Of a stretch of 20,000 nt of DNA, positions 1 through 10,672 are shown in pieces (within the stretch, counting starts at the first letter, position 1; each line of letters begins with the position of its first letter). Origin of the DNA: Coniocarpon cinnabarinum (taxonomy: Eukaryota); NCBI GenBank assembly GCA_051942205.1, contig JAVECO010000133.1:45323-65322 (forward strand), written 5' to 3'. The translations under genes and the position numbers were made by a program. The notes beneath the pieces were generated by a model. That model searched no databases. It was not told the origin of the DNA and worked only from the letters and a program-made list of their open reading frames with translations.

Positions 1-63
1 GAAATCCCACGCAGTCCCACCAGCCTTCGTCGCTAGTCAGCAAGCTTCAACAAGTACTTCACC

Positions 64-2394
64 ATGCCTCAATCAAGCACGCCCAATCCAACGCACGTCC
101 AAAACAACTCGACCTCCAACGCTAAGAGCCCCAGCCCGTCTCGAAACATGGCTGCGTCCGCTAAGGCTACGCCCGACCCTCTTAACCGCGCAAAATCTGT
201 CAGAAATGCCAACGGAAGCCCCCTTTCTGCTCGAGGCTCAGTTCGAAGACCAGCTCATGCTTCAAGAAGCGAATCTGGTGCTGGAACGGAAGACTCCAAG
301 GCTGAGACAACGGCACTTATCGATGACTTGAAGGAGCAATTACGCAAAGCCGAGATTGCCTCTGAGGAGTACCAAAAGCAAGCTGCGGTATTGCAGTCTA
401 AACTGGATGAGGCGCTGGGGGACCATGATAGGCTTCAAGAGACAGCGCAGAATCACATCTCGCGTGTTGAGGCATTGGAGAAGGAAACAAGAGATAGCGC
501 CAGAAGGTTTCGAGATCTAGAATCAGCATTCGAGAACGAAAAAGTGTCTTCAATGAAAGCTCACGAGGATGCTTTGAGCAAAGAACAAGAATTGTCAGAT
601 ACCGTTCAGCGTTTGAGAGAGAGCTTAGCGAGTAGAGATAAACGGGGGAGTGTGGAAGGTGAATCTCTCCTGTCACGAGCTACCAGCATCCGTGGAAGAA
701 CCTCACCAAATCCAAAGAGCCCTGACTCACACAATGTGGAACCTCGAGACTCCAGCCAGAACAACGCGAAGCTGGTCCACCAAAAAGACAAGATCATTGA
801 GTCTCTACGCTTGGAGTTGGCTGAAGCCCAAATCAAGAACGTCGAACTTGAGAACGCCGGCGGCGGCAAGACTCAAGAACTAGAGAAGAAGTTGCTTGAA
901 GCTCGTATGAGCAATGCGAAGCTCTTGGAAGACAACGAGAGCTATCAGGTATTGCTTCAAGAGCGAACGCTGAATGGCTCGTTTGGCAAGTCAGCATTCC
1001 TGGATCCCAGCGATAGCCACAGTGACCGACCACCGCCGACACCCAACACACCTTCATTGAAACCAGTTTCTGGCAGTCTTGCCGACGAATTAAATGATGA
1101 TAACATCACAGACGACAACACCGACGACAAATACCGTAAGCTTGAAGCAGATTTGTCTGCTCAGAAAGATCAAAACAAAGCCCTCACGCTCTACATAAAC
1201 AAGATTATCACACGACTACTTCAAAACGAGACTTTCGAGCAATTGTTCGAGAATGGCTCAATCACCGACGGTCCGCTCAAGTCTCCTGTGCCGCCAGTGG
1301 AGACAGCGGCTCCGGTCCCGAAAGCTGAGGAGGTGAACGCCGAGTCTGCGCGCAAAGAGGTCGCGGGACAAACAAATGCGCCTTCTTCATTTTTGCAGCG
1401 AGCCGGTTCGATCTTTGGTGGGCGCCAACGAGGTCGACCTGCCCGGCCGAAGTCCATACAGCCTCCTCAGGGAGCGTCCACGTCACCTGAGCCCAATGCA
1501 AAGACACCAATTGCAGCTGTAAATCCGATATCGCCCAATCTGCCTGAGCCCTCACAGCATAACCTACCTGCGATGGGCACGCATCTTGCCATACCAAACG
1601 AAAATCCTGACTCAGCACCTTCGATTCCGCTTCGCAGGTCTGGGTCCAACCGCGGTCATGCGCGCGTTCCGTCAATGCGCTCTTCACACCGTCGCTCGAC
1701 CTCAGACTGGAACGTCGGTGCGGCAGCAGGCATCGTAAACAACATGCACAGAACCCCATCGTCCGGTAATGGCTTGCAGTCTCCGACTGGTCTAGCTTCA
1801 CCAAGGCAAACGTCTGCAACTCTCTTCCCTCAGCAATCCGCGCCACCACCCCTGATCCTCGAAGATGCCGAGCGCAGTCCTGAGGTGGATGGGGCAAACC
1901 GAGCAGATGTAGCTAGTGACTCTGGATACGGAGAAAGCGTCATGTCTCAAGCCACATCGGCGGATGCATCGGCATCTCCACGTGCTGCCGCAGCAGCCGC
2001 GTTAGAAGGCAAGCCACTCCCACCGGTACCCAATCTGAATCGGACAGAAACTTCGAGAAGTGAGGAAAATAAAGCAGCAGCCAGTGGTCCAGCGTCATGG
2101 TTCTCGGGACCTGCGAAGAAGGAAGAAAAAGGTGGTATGCGTCCTTTGCGACTCGTTCAAGAGAAAAACGAGGCGGATGCCGAACGTAAAAAGGCAAATC
2201 GGACGAGTTTCATGGGCTGGTTCCAGAAGGGCACGAGTCCGCCTCAAGCGGGCGCGTTGGCAAGCCCGCCGCCTTTGGGTGGTCACTCGCGGAGTGTGAG
2301 CACCATGCCAACGATGGGCGGTTTTGGTGGTCCTGGCCCGAGCTTTGAAAGGGAGAGCAGTACTGAGAACGAGAGACCAGGAAGCCAGCATTGA
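64..2394 (+). CDS. Conserved fungal coiled-coil protein (776 aa) with a Rab11-FIP-like segment and a long disordered Ser/Pro-rich C-terminus
   Basis: Uninterrupted 776-codon ORF with good start context (ttcaccATG). Heptad-rich E/K/L/Q segments at about aa 80-300. SLADEL...NKALTLYINKIITRLLQ motif at 1075-1224. C-terminal motifs MRPLRL and KKANRTSFMGWF. Resembles fungal proteins usually auto-annotated as 'M protein'-like (from recall). Confidence 0.85.
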   Translation: MPQSSTPNPTHVQNNSTSNAKSPSPSRNMAASAKATPDPLNRAKSVRNANGSPLSARGSVRRPAHASRSESGAGTEDSKAETTALIDDLKEQLRKAEIASEEYQKQAAVLQSKLDEALGDHDRLQETAQNHISRVEALEKETRDSARRFRDLESAFENEKVSSMKAHEDALSKEQELSDTVQRLRESLASRDKRGSVEGESLLSRATSIRGRTSPNPKSPDSHNVEPRDSSQNNAKLVHQKDKIIESLRLELAEAQIKNVELENAGGGKTQELEKKLLEARMSNAKLLEDNESYQVLLQERTLNGSFGKSAFLDPSDSHSDRPPPTPNTPSLKPVSGSLADELNDDNITDDNTDDKYRKLEADLSAQKDQNKALTLYINKIITRLLQNETFEQLFENGSITDGPLKSPVPPVETAAPVPKAEEVNAESARKEVAGQTNAPSSFLQRAGSIFGGRQRGRPARPKSIQPPQGASTSPEPNAKTPIAAVNPISPNLPEPSQHNLPAMGTHLAIPNENPDSAPSIPLRRSGSNRGHARVPSMRSSHRRSTSDWNVGAAAGIVNNMHRTPSSGNGLQSPTGLASPRQTSATLFPQQSAPPPLILEDAERSPEVDGANRADVASDSGYGESVMSQATSADASASPRAAAAAALEGKPLPPVPNLNRTETSRSEENKAAASGPASWFSGPAKKEEKGGMRPLRLVQEKNEADAERKKANRTSFMGWFQKGTSPPQAGALASPPPLGGHSRSVSTMPTMGGFGGPGPSFERESSTENERPGSQH

Positions 2395-2547
2395 TTCGGG
2401 TTCTTATGCATTGTATAGACTATGGTATGGGATACGGTGACTAGAAGGCAGCGCGCCCACGAAATTGTACAAGTATCACATACAATGTGCATCTAGCACA
2501 GAACGAAGATCCAAACGAATCGTTCCTTACCCACAGAATGTTTCTCC

Positions 2548-3686
2548 TCACTCGATTTGATACACCAACTTCTCACCGCTGACCTCGCCCTTCTTCAGCC
2601 TCTCTAATCCGCTCACGATCCCGTCAATACCTCCTGCTTGCACACTCGGCTCCATCTTCCACTTGCCCTGGTTTCTAAGCTTCTCACAAAGCGCCATCCA
2701 CTTCTTCGCAAACTCGAAGTCTTCTGGACTCGGCTTGAATACCGTACCGCGAAAGAAAAACTCCTCTCCTACGGCTGTATACCCCACCGTCGTGCGACAC
2801 ACCTGGGCCTCGGCCTTCCTCGGGAACGTATCCTCGTATCCCCTCAGAAGTGAGGAATATCGTATTCCTGTCGCACTCGTGAGGCCGTCAGCGCAGATTT
2901 GGCCCGAAGAGCCTTCAGAAATGCAATCGAACGCATGAGAACACTTGTTCTGCGTGAATTCGCGAATTTGTGCACCGCAGTTGGGATCTTTGTAGTCGAA
3001 GGCACCGTCTGCGCCCAGCCGCTTGACAAGGTCAAAGTTCCGTGGCGAGCAGGTCGTGGCCACCGTCAGGCCAGACAGCTTCGCCATTTGGATTGCGAAG
3101 AGCCCAGTCGCGGTGCTCCCGCCGTAAATTAGGACTCTTCCACCTTCCGTGGATTCGCCCGGTAATGGCAAGCCCAAGCTTTGATATAGCCCCTGGCCGG
3201 TAGTGATCAAGCCAACACCATAAGTGGCGGCTTCCGCATCAGAGACATGGTCTGGTGTCTTTATAAGTACATCTGCTTTCGCGATGACGTATTGTGCAAA
3301 GGCGCCAGACTGGGGATTATTTGACTTGACACCATGGCTGAGGCCGCAGACGCGGTCGCCCTCCTGCAAGGCTTTGCTGATTGGGCCTTTGGTGGATACG
3401 ATCGTGCCTGAGAAGTCACAACCGATCGTGTGACCCGGTCCAGCGCGAAGTGTGGCTTTCCAGCTGCCAGGGGTGAGTTCAGAGGCAGACAAAGGCGCCA
3501 GATGGGCAAGACGATAAGCACCGACGGAACGCCACGATAGACTCACTCAGTGGGATTCAAGGCAACATAGTGTGTCTTAATGAGAGCGTAGCCCTCTGGA
3601 AGATTGGGAATGGGCACGTCATCATGGACAGAGGACTTGCCGTCACCATCTGTCTTGAGCGCGCATTGATGAGTGGGAAGCGACAT
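2548..3686 (-). CDS. MDR-superfamily NADPH-dependent enoyl reductase-like oxidoreductase (LovC/ToxD type), 351 aa, 2 exons (3686-3547, 3463-2548)
   Basis: Exon 1 reads MSLPTHQCALKTDGDGKSSVHDDVPIPNLPEGYALIKTHYVALNPT. The 83-nt intron 3546-3464 has a GTGAGT donor, CTCAC branch and CAG acceptor. Splicing restores the family motif ALNPTDWK. Other motifs: GCDFSG, GAFAQY, LIYGGSTATG (nucleotide binding), TTCSPRNFDLVKRLGAD, VSGEKLVY. Confidence 0.92.
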
Positions 3687-3863
3687 AGCTAATTCTTCTT
3701 AGTTCCGCTAAGTTACCGTCAGGATGGATGGAACGAGGATTTAGGGCGATGATATATGTCATGAAGTCTCGCCGAGGCGGCCGATTTTCAAAAGCATCCA
3801 TTGTCGACGCCACTGATGAGCTATCGTGCTGTTGTACCACCGAGCTTTTTCCTTCGCGGTGAT

Positions 3864-3947
3864 CTATCTACTCATAGGTTCATGCCTTAAATCGCAGGCT
3901 GCCTCGAGGAAGATATGAAGGCTCTGAATCACATAATCGAGCACCTT
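3864..3947 (-). pseudogene. Detached 3' end of the acyltransferase pseudogene (KVLDY-VIQSLHIFLEAACDLRHEPMSR*)
   Basis: Removing the LINE plus one TSD copy continues the frame ...RLISKVLDY for 22 more codons to TAG at 3866-3864. Confidence 0.75.
3933..3947 (+). repeat. Left target-site duplication ATAATCGAGCACCTT
   Basis: Identical 15-mer at 9568-9582. Confidence 0.95.
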
Positions 3948-5150
3948 AGCCTCTGTTTTGTTTTTGAAATTCGAGTATTTGAACGTGTAAACTATATCAA
4001 GAACTACACTCAACTCCTCAGACAGCCCTTAGGCTTGTTTATAGGCCTCCTAGTGGTCCTAGTTTAGTGCCCGACCGCACCTAAGATAGCACCGACGACG
4101 CGCCTATCCTAGAACTCTTTTATAATCTTTAACAAGGATACACCGCTATCTATCGATATAAATATAATACCTAGAGAATAGTAGCAAGAGCAAGAGAGCC
4201 TAGCTACTCTCTAGAAAGTTATAGGCAATAAAAGGATTTGTAAACTATTAGCAAAGAAATAGAAAAATAATAAATATATATTAATAAATATTATAGAGAA
4301 GAATATAGTAGCAACACTTAGCTTACTTATTAAGCAGATTAATAAAATATTAGATTAGATATTATTAATAGAGGCAAATATAATAGTTTTAGTAAAGAAA
4401 AATATAGAGCTTAAGGCTCTACTTATAAAGCAGAAAGATAGAATAGTTAAAGTAATTTTATAAACTAGATAGAATACAAGTAGTAGCCCTACTATTATAA
4501 TTACTCTTATATTAAAATAAATGTCTTATACTAGTATTAGCGTAGCTAGTATAGCGCGTACCTCTAGTTCTATATAACTAACTATCCTCTAATAGCAAAG
4601 ACCCTAGATATATAAGGTCTTACTTAATCTATAGAGTATAAGTAAATTAGCATAGTAAAAAGTAAACCTAGTAGATATAAGTATAGTACACTAAAAGATC
4701 TAAATAAGCTTTAAAAGCTTTAAGCCGCTCTATATAACTTAAATTTAGGAATTTATAAAATTATAAGATAATAATATAGTTATAATTAGATTACTTAAAA
4801 AAGATAAGAGATAGTTTAGAGATAGCGCTAATACTTAGATATACTAGTACTTTAAAAGTAGCTATATATCTAGCTACTAGTAGTATCTAATAAAGCTTAA
4901 CTAAGTTCTAAAGAACTTTATTTTATATAATAGTAAGATTAGAGATAGTCTTAAAGAAGACTTTAGTAAGAAGAATAGATACCGCCTAGTAGCAATCTAG
5001 CTACTTAGCTAGTAGAAAGACTATAAATAGTACTACTCTATTTTAGTATAGTTTAATAATATTAAGCTATATAATACTATATTCTAAAAAATAGAGGTAA
5101 GCCTAGAAGATTCTATAGTTTATGCTAACTACTTTAAACGCTAGCTAGTA

Positions 5151-5318
5151 CTAATATAATATATAAAGTGCTACTAGTTTAGGTATAAAGTAGCTTAATA
5201 TAGCAACTAAGAGTACTATAGATAGTATAGTTAAAGAGGCTATATATATAAAGACTATACTAATAAGCTATAATATATTAATTATAGCTAGGCTTATCTA
5301 GCTTAAGTAGCTTAATAT
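5151..5318 (+). pseudogene. LINE ORF1 (gag-like) relic: three CCHC zinc knuckles
   Basis: Reading TAT as TGT or CAT and TAA/TAG as CAA/CAG gives QCxKCxQFGHKAAQC...CGxCSQxGHxxKDC...CINCGQAHPAxxxxC, i.e. CX2CX4HX4C twice, then CX2CX3HX6C. Confidence 0.8.
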
Positions 5319-5419
5319 ATAAAATTTAAGAACTAGCGCTATAATCTATACGTTAAATAAGTATATATTAGACTTAAACTATAGAATACTAGCTAATAGA
5401 GATAATATAGATACCTAGG

Positions 5420-8400
5420 ACCTTCTTAGTACTTTAATATAATATAGAAAAGTAGAAGCTAGTATATAAAAGCCTTTTTAATAATAAGACTATATATAAC
5501 TTTAGCGCTATTATAGTATAGGAGCCTTATTCTTTCTATCTAGTAGGTTAAGGTCTTATTATACTACTAGTAGTATCTATATACTAGATATAATATTTCC
5601 TTATAGGTCGCCTTTTAGAGTAACTTAATACTTATCTATAATTAGACCGCTATTAAGCCTACTTATAGATAAATAAATTAATTAAGGTAGTACTAGTAGT
5701 AATTAAGTTAACTAATATTATAGTAGTTATACTATATTTACTAATATAGATAATTCTTCTATTCTTAATATATATTCTACCTAGTAGGTTATAAGCAAAG
5801 GGGCAAGAAATACTAAAATAGTCTCTATAATTACTCGCTAATATAATTATAAGAACTAGAAACTAATATTCTATTCTTAATATACTAGTTACTAGAGATT
5901 TTAATTAATACGACCTACTCTAGGGTAGTATTAAGGCTATAGAATAAGGCTTATAAGATAAATCTAATATAATCTATAAGCTTATCTAAGTATATAATCT
6001 TTACTCCCTATTTCTAATAGAGACGATTATATTTAAGAGATTAGCTAGATTATTAATAATTAACCTTATTTTTGTATTAGCTTAACTTGCTAAAGAGGTC
6101 TTCTAGTATTTAACTCTTTTTAATAACTATAGATCTAATTACCTCTCTATTTAGATAGTCTTTATAATTAAAGTACCTATAGTAACATAAAGCAAAAGCT
6201 ATAACTTTAGATAGGCTCCCTAGACTAAAATTAACGCCTATATCTTAGAAGAAGTTAAATACTAGAGTACTAGCCCTATAGCCAACTTAATAGTTAATTA
6301 TTAGAAAGTAAGGCTAGTAGAGGTAGTTTAGAAAGCCTTATATCTATACTACCCTAGATATAGACTATTACTATATATAAAATACTAGTAGTTAGCTAAT
6401 CTTATAGTACTATATAATAACTATTACTAGAAATAGAATATAGTACGCTCTATACGTCGCTAGAGTACTAGCTTCTTATACCTAGAGCAGGTTATAAGAA
6501 AAGCCTTATATAAATAGTTAAAAATAGTTAAGACTAGAAAGAAGGACTACTAGTTATCTTTTCTTAATAATACTAATAATATTTAGAGAGCCTTATAGTA
6601 TCTTAACCTAATAAAGTTAAGCGTATTTATATTAGTACTAGCAATTTAAGTAGATAAGACGCTTTATACTAATAACTTATTAATTACTAGCAAATTAATT
6701 ATTATATTCTTTTTTTAAGTACTAGATACAGCTAAGTAGTAGCAACTACTAGTTTTTAATTAGCTCCCTAACACTCCTCTAAATAATAATAAGATCTATA
6801 GGGCTGTTTTTGCCTATAGTCCTAATAAAGCCCCTAGTCTTAATAGGCTTCCTATATTAGTATAGCAAAAGATATAGGAACTGCTTAGCGTCTATATTTA
6901 CTACCTTTTTAAGAATAGCTTAGCTTAAGTAGAGCTCCTAGGGCTGTAGAAGACCGTAAAAATCGTACCTCTTAAAAAATAAGGTAAGTCTAATTATATA
7001 GTACCTAAAGTATATTATCTAATTTTATTACTCGCTATATTAGGTAAAGCTCTAGAGTACCTAGTAGCTAAATGTATCTCTTTTTTAGTTAAAGAGTATT
7101 TATTACTACTAGCTATACACTTTAGTAGCCGTAAACAATACTCTATAGTTTAAGTACTAACGTACTTCTAAGAAAGTGTCTATATAGCATAGTAATAAAG
7201 AAAAGTACTTTTAATAGTCTTATTTAATAATAAAGGTACTTTTAATAGGGTCTTAAAAGCCGCTTTTTTTACTTATCTATATAGTTAATAAGTCCTAGAG
7301 CGGCTAGTACGCTAGATTAATAGCTTCTATTCTAATAGGCAAGTATTAGTGCTTATTAATAGATATAAATTACCTAAAACTTTACTATATTAGGCTAGCC
7401 TTCTATAGGGTTCGCCCTTATTACCTATATTATTTCTATTCTTTAATACTAACCTAGTACAATATAATATATAAAGGGGAGGTTCTTTTACCTATATTAA
7501 TAATTATATAGCTTAGGTAGTAGGAGACTCTACTATAGATAATAGGGTCTAAATTAAAGCTAATTTACTACTATTTCTTTATAAATAGAAAGTAAATAGT
7601 AGTATAACCTTTAAGATAGAGAAGATATAATTTTGCTACTATACATAATATTATAATAAAGTAGATAATTAGTACCTTATATTTAAGGATTAAAAGATTT
7701 AGCCTACTAGAGATATAAAGCTTTTAGGAGTTATATTTAATTTAGCACTCTATTTTAATAAGTATATTACTAATATAGTAGTAAAGATATCTAAAGTAGC
7801 CCTTATACTATAACGTCTTTAAGGCCTATGCCTAGTTATTACTTATTAACTATTTATCTTAACTATTACACTAGTAGAGGACTACGCCTTACTAATCTAG
7901 TTATAATAGGTAGTATTAGGGCTTCTCTACTAATTTAATAAAAGCTAATATATTACTATAGCGTCTATTATAAAAGAGTTTTGCTCTAACTTATTAATAG
8001 TACTAGAGTATAAAGTAGCTATCGCGTCTTTCTTAGAGCGCTATTTATTATAAGCCTAAGCCTTTTAGATTATAATAAATACCTTATAAACTTAATATCT
8101 TCTATAAAGATAACATATTAGTTAAAGTAAATAATTTTTAAGCCCTCTATAATATATTTAAGAATAATTTAGTAATATAGATACTACCTACCTAGAAATA
8201 ATTAAACTATATTATATACCTCTATAGAGACTACTACTAAGAGTAGAGGTCCCTTAATAAGAAGAGGTTATTAATAGAACTAGTATATAATATATTAGCG
8301 ATATATTTATAAATACCTTAATTTAAAAAGAGCGTCTAGGCCTAGGTATATAGTATTCTAGAGGCTATTAGGCCTTTATCTAGGTTGTTAGCTACTAAGT

Positions 8401-9190
8401 ACTATATATAGGTAAATTACTTGCTATTAAGTAGGCTATAATTATAGTAGTACTACTATACTAGATAGTTAGTCTAGTTATAGTCTATTTAGATTACTTA
8501 GTAGTAATCTAATCTATCTAATAGCTAAAGTATTAATTAGAATAAATAGTTCTACGCTAGATACTTAAATTAGCGTATATATAGATAAACTTCTACTAGT
8601 ATTCTAGCTACTCTAATATTAATAGCAACAAGTATACTTATTAGCTAGCTAGGTTAGCTATATAATATAAAGAAGAGATTTAGGATATAATAAGGTACTA
8701 CTTAATAGTTAAGAGTAAGATTTATAGATAGAAATTATAACTAGTAGAAGATTTAAGAGTAGATATATATAGTTAGTAAATTACTAGATATATTAATAAG
8801 GCTCTAATAGTATAACTATATCTTAAGAAGCTATATAACTTTCTTCTAAGGTAAAGCATAATAATTCTATATTAGTTATATATAGAGAAAGCTAGACTTA
8901 ATAAGTATCTATTAAAGATTAAGGCAGCTAATAGTAATCTATATAAATATAGATAGCTAAAGATAGTATAATACTTTCTCTTCTACTGCCTAAGATAGAG
9001 AGAATACTATAGTATATTACTTAGTTACTCTTAATTTAGTAATATTATACTCTTTCTTAGTATATACTTAGTAATAAAACTACCTACTAGAGAACTAAAA
9101 GATAGTCTACTATTAAGGTAGGCTCTAGATCTAGTAGTAGTTACTACTACTATTAAGTACACCTATGCTATAGGGCGCCTCTTATACTAA
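5420..9190 (+). pseudogene. LINE ORF2 relic: APE endonuclease, reverse transcriptase, RNase H, CCHC finger (boundaries approximate)
   Basis: De-RIPed endonuclease motifs: LQYN (about 5431), QEP (5519-5527), GDFN (5894-5905), GSDH (about 6131-6142). RT motifs: KAPGLDG (about 6827), YRPISLL (7013-7033), GLPQGSPLSPILF (about 7397-7435), Y(I/V)DD (7493-7504), KLLGVIFD (7718-7741). RNase H motifs: IFTDAS (8303-8320), WxxGH...GNE (about 8597-8632). C-terminal finger CxCGQPETVQHFLFxC (about 8941-8988). Confidence 0.88.
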
Positions 9191-9542
9191 AGATAGTACT
9201 TACTTATATACGCCTCTCTACTAGCCTACCGCACCTTTGTACTATACTACTAAAGACTAGTATACCTATAAGTATCGGCCTATAGATTAATAGGCTTTAC
9301 TATAGAGCTTAGTAGGAGTTTTGCGTTAGATTATACTACCCCTTCTTCTTTTAGTCTACCTTAACCCTATACCTAACCGACTAACGTATACGTCTAAACG
9401 CTCAAATATGTTAAAGCACTGCTTTTTGGCAACTTAGAGACTCTATTTAGTAAGACGAGAATTAAATATAACTGCGGTTGAGCAGAATTGCTATATATAG
9501 TACTTACGTATGCTCATGCCCACTAGGGCGACACGGCACCTG

Positions 9543-9566
9543 AATCAATCAATCAATCAATCAATC
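9543..9566 (+). repeat. (AATC)6 microsatellite 3' tail of the LINE
   Basis: Six perfect AATC units directly abutting the right TSD. Short tandem-repeat tails are typical of Tad1-clade LINEs. Confidence 0.92.
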
Positions 9567-9567
9567 A

Positions 9568-9582
9568 ATAATCGAGCACCTT
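9568..9582 (+). repeat. Right target-site duplication ATAATCGAGCACCTT
   Basis: Identical 15-mer at 3933-3947, immediately after the (AATC)n tail. Confidence 0.95.
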
Positions 9583-10640
9583 GGATATCAACCTCTTCTC
9601 GAAATAAGCAGCATTGACTTCCATGCTGAGATGAAGTTGACCTTTGTAGCTCCAAACGTACGCTACGTTCTCCCCATTCACGATGTCCACTCCAATGCAG
9701 ACGTCTTTCACTTCGATTTCTTCTCGATGGGGCTTTACAATTTCATCCAAGACGCCCAGACTACTGCACATGACCTGGCTAACTGAACCCCGGTTTCTGT
9801 TAGCATAAGATCTCAATGTTAAGAGAGACGTGACGGGTCTACCAAGTCTGATGGCGTCTGTGCAGTGAGGCTCTTGGCAAAGTGAGACGCACTCTCTTAC
9901 ACCTCTTCCCGTACCCAAAGTGGGTCTTTCTCTTGCGCATACCATTCCATGAGGTGACGCGCCCGTTGCAAAAAGGTCTCATGAGGTTCTGTGTAGGTCG
10001 AAAAAGTGGGGAGATACAGTGCAGTCCTGTCCTTGAACCCCTGGTACGGCTCAGTCAGACGTCGTCGCAAATTTACCGGTGTAATGCACGCCCAGCTACG
10101 GTCTTTCTGATCTTCTGGTGCACATGCGTACGTTGCCGCAATCAGAGCAGACTTGAATTGCAGTCGTCACGCTGACATTGATTTCTTTGCACGCACTAAT
10201 GAGCTTTGAAGTTGCTGAGATGCTCAGAGCACGTCGGACGCTCCAGGTATAGGGTGGCACAGACGCCTCATTGTCGTCCTTCGCTGTCAAGCCAACGCTT
10301 GGGTGATGTTCCAGAAAGCGAGACCATTCTGTCTCGACTCGCTTCACAGATTCCGCTGGGGTGTGCTCAGGAGCCTGCACTGCTTGCTCTGGTGCCGGAG
10401 CCAGGTTCAGCCTCTCAGTCCCGATCATTGGGCGTGCCACAGGACTACTCAACAAAGACGACAACAATTCGAGAAGGTTATTCAGCAGGTACAGCATTTC
10501 TAGTTCGTCAACGCGCCAGTGACTCGTCCGAACTATAATGCAAAATGTTTTCTGCTCATTATCTTGTGGAATCAAGTGGAGTGTTGCAAAACGGCTGCGA
10601 GAACAAGTCAAAAGCACTTCTCGAGCTTGTTCAGTGCTGA

Positions 10641-10672
10641 ACGTCTCCTGTGCCCAACGTCTCCTGTGCCCA
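10641..10672 (+). repeat. Perfect 16-bp tandem duplication (ACGTCTCCTGTGCCCA x2) causing a frameshift
   Basis: Read directly. It explains why WAQET appears in two different reading frames in the ORF track. Confidence 0.92.

Larger units (their letters stand above)
3948..9567 (+). mobile_element. Full-length (5620 bp) non-LTR retrotransposon, Tad1-clade LINE, inactivated by RIP
   Basis: Extremely AT/TpA-rich, CpA/TpG-depleted block with no ORF >=60 aa, bounded by a 15-bp direct repeat and a 3' (AATC)6 tail. Reverting C>T/G>A changes by eye recovers the domain order gag CCHC knuckles, APE endonuclease, RT, RNase H and a C-terminal CCHC. Confidence 0.95.

Noticed and set aside
398..2492. Overlapping antisense or alternate-frame ORFs within the coiled-coil gene
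   Set aside because: Shadow ORFs of a GC-balanced coding region with no independent protein signal.
3464..3546. ORF-track N-terminus MSLSWRSVGAY... of the reductase
   Set aside because: It starts at the GTG of the splice donor and translates the intron. The true start is the ATG at 3686.
3643..3840. 65-aa minus-strand ORF upstream of the reductase
   Set aside because: Non-ATG start, overlaps the real exon 1 out of frame, and has no recognisable motif.
4100..9400. AT-rich block as centromere, NUMT or horizontally acquired DNA
   Set aside because: TpA excess, CpA/TpG loss, TSD, tail and recoverable LINE motifs fully explain it as a RIPed retrotransposon.
9543..9566. (AATC)6 as an interstitial telomere
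   Set aside because: Not TTAGGG-like, and positioned exactly at the LINE 3' end next to the TSD.
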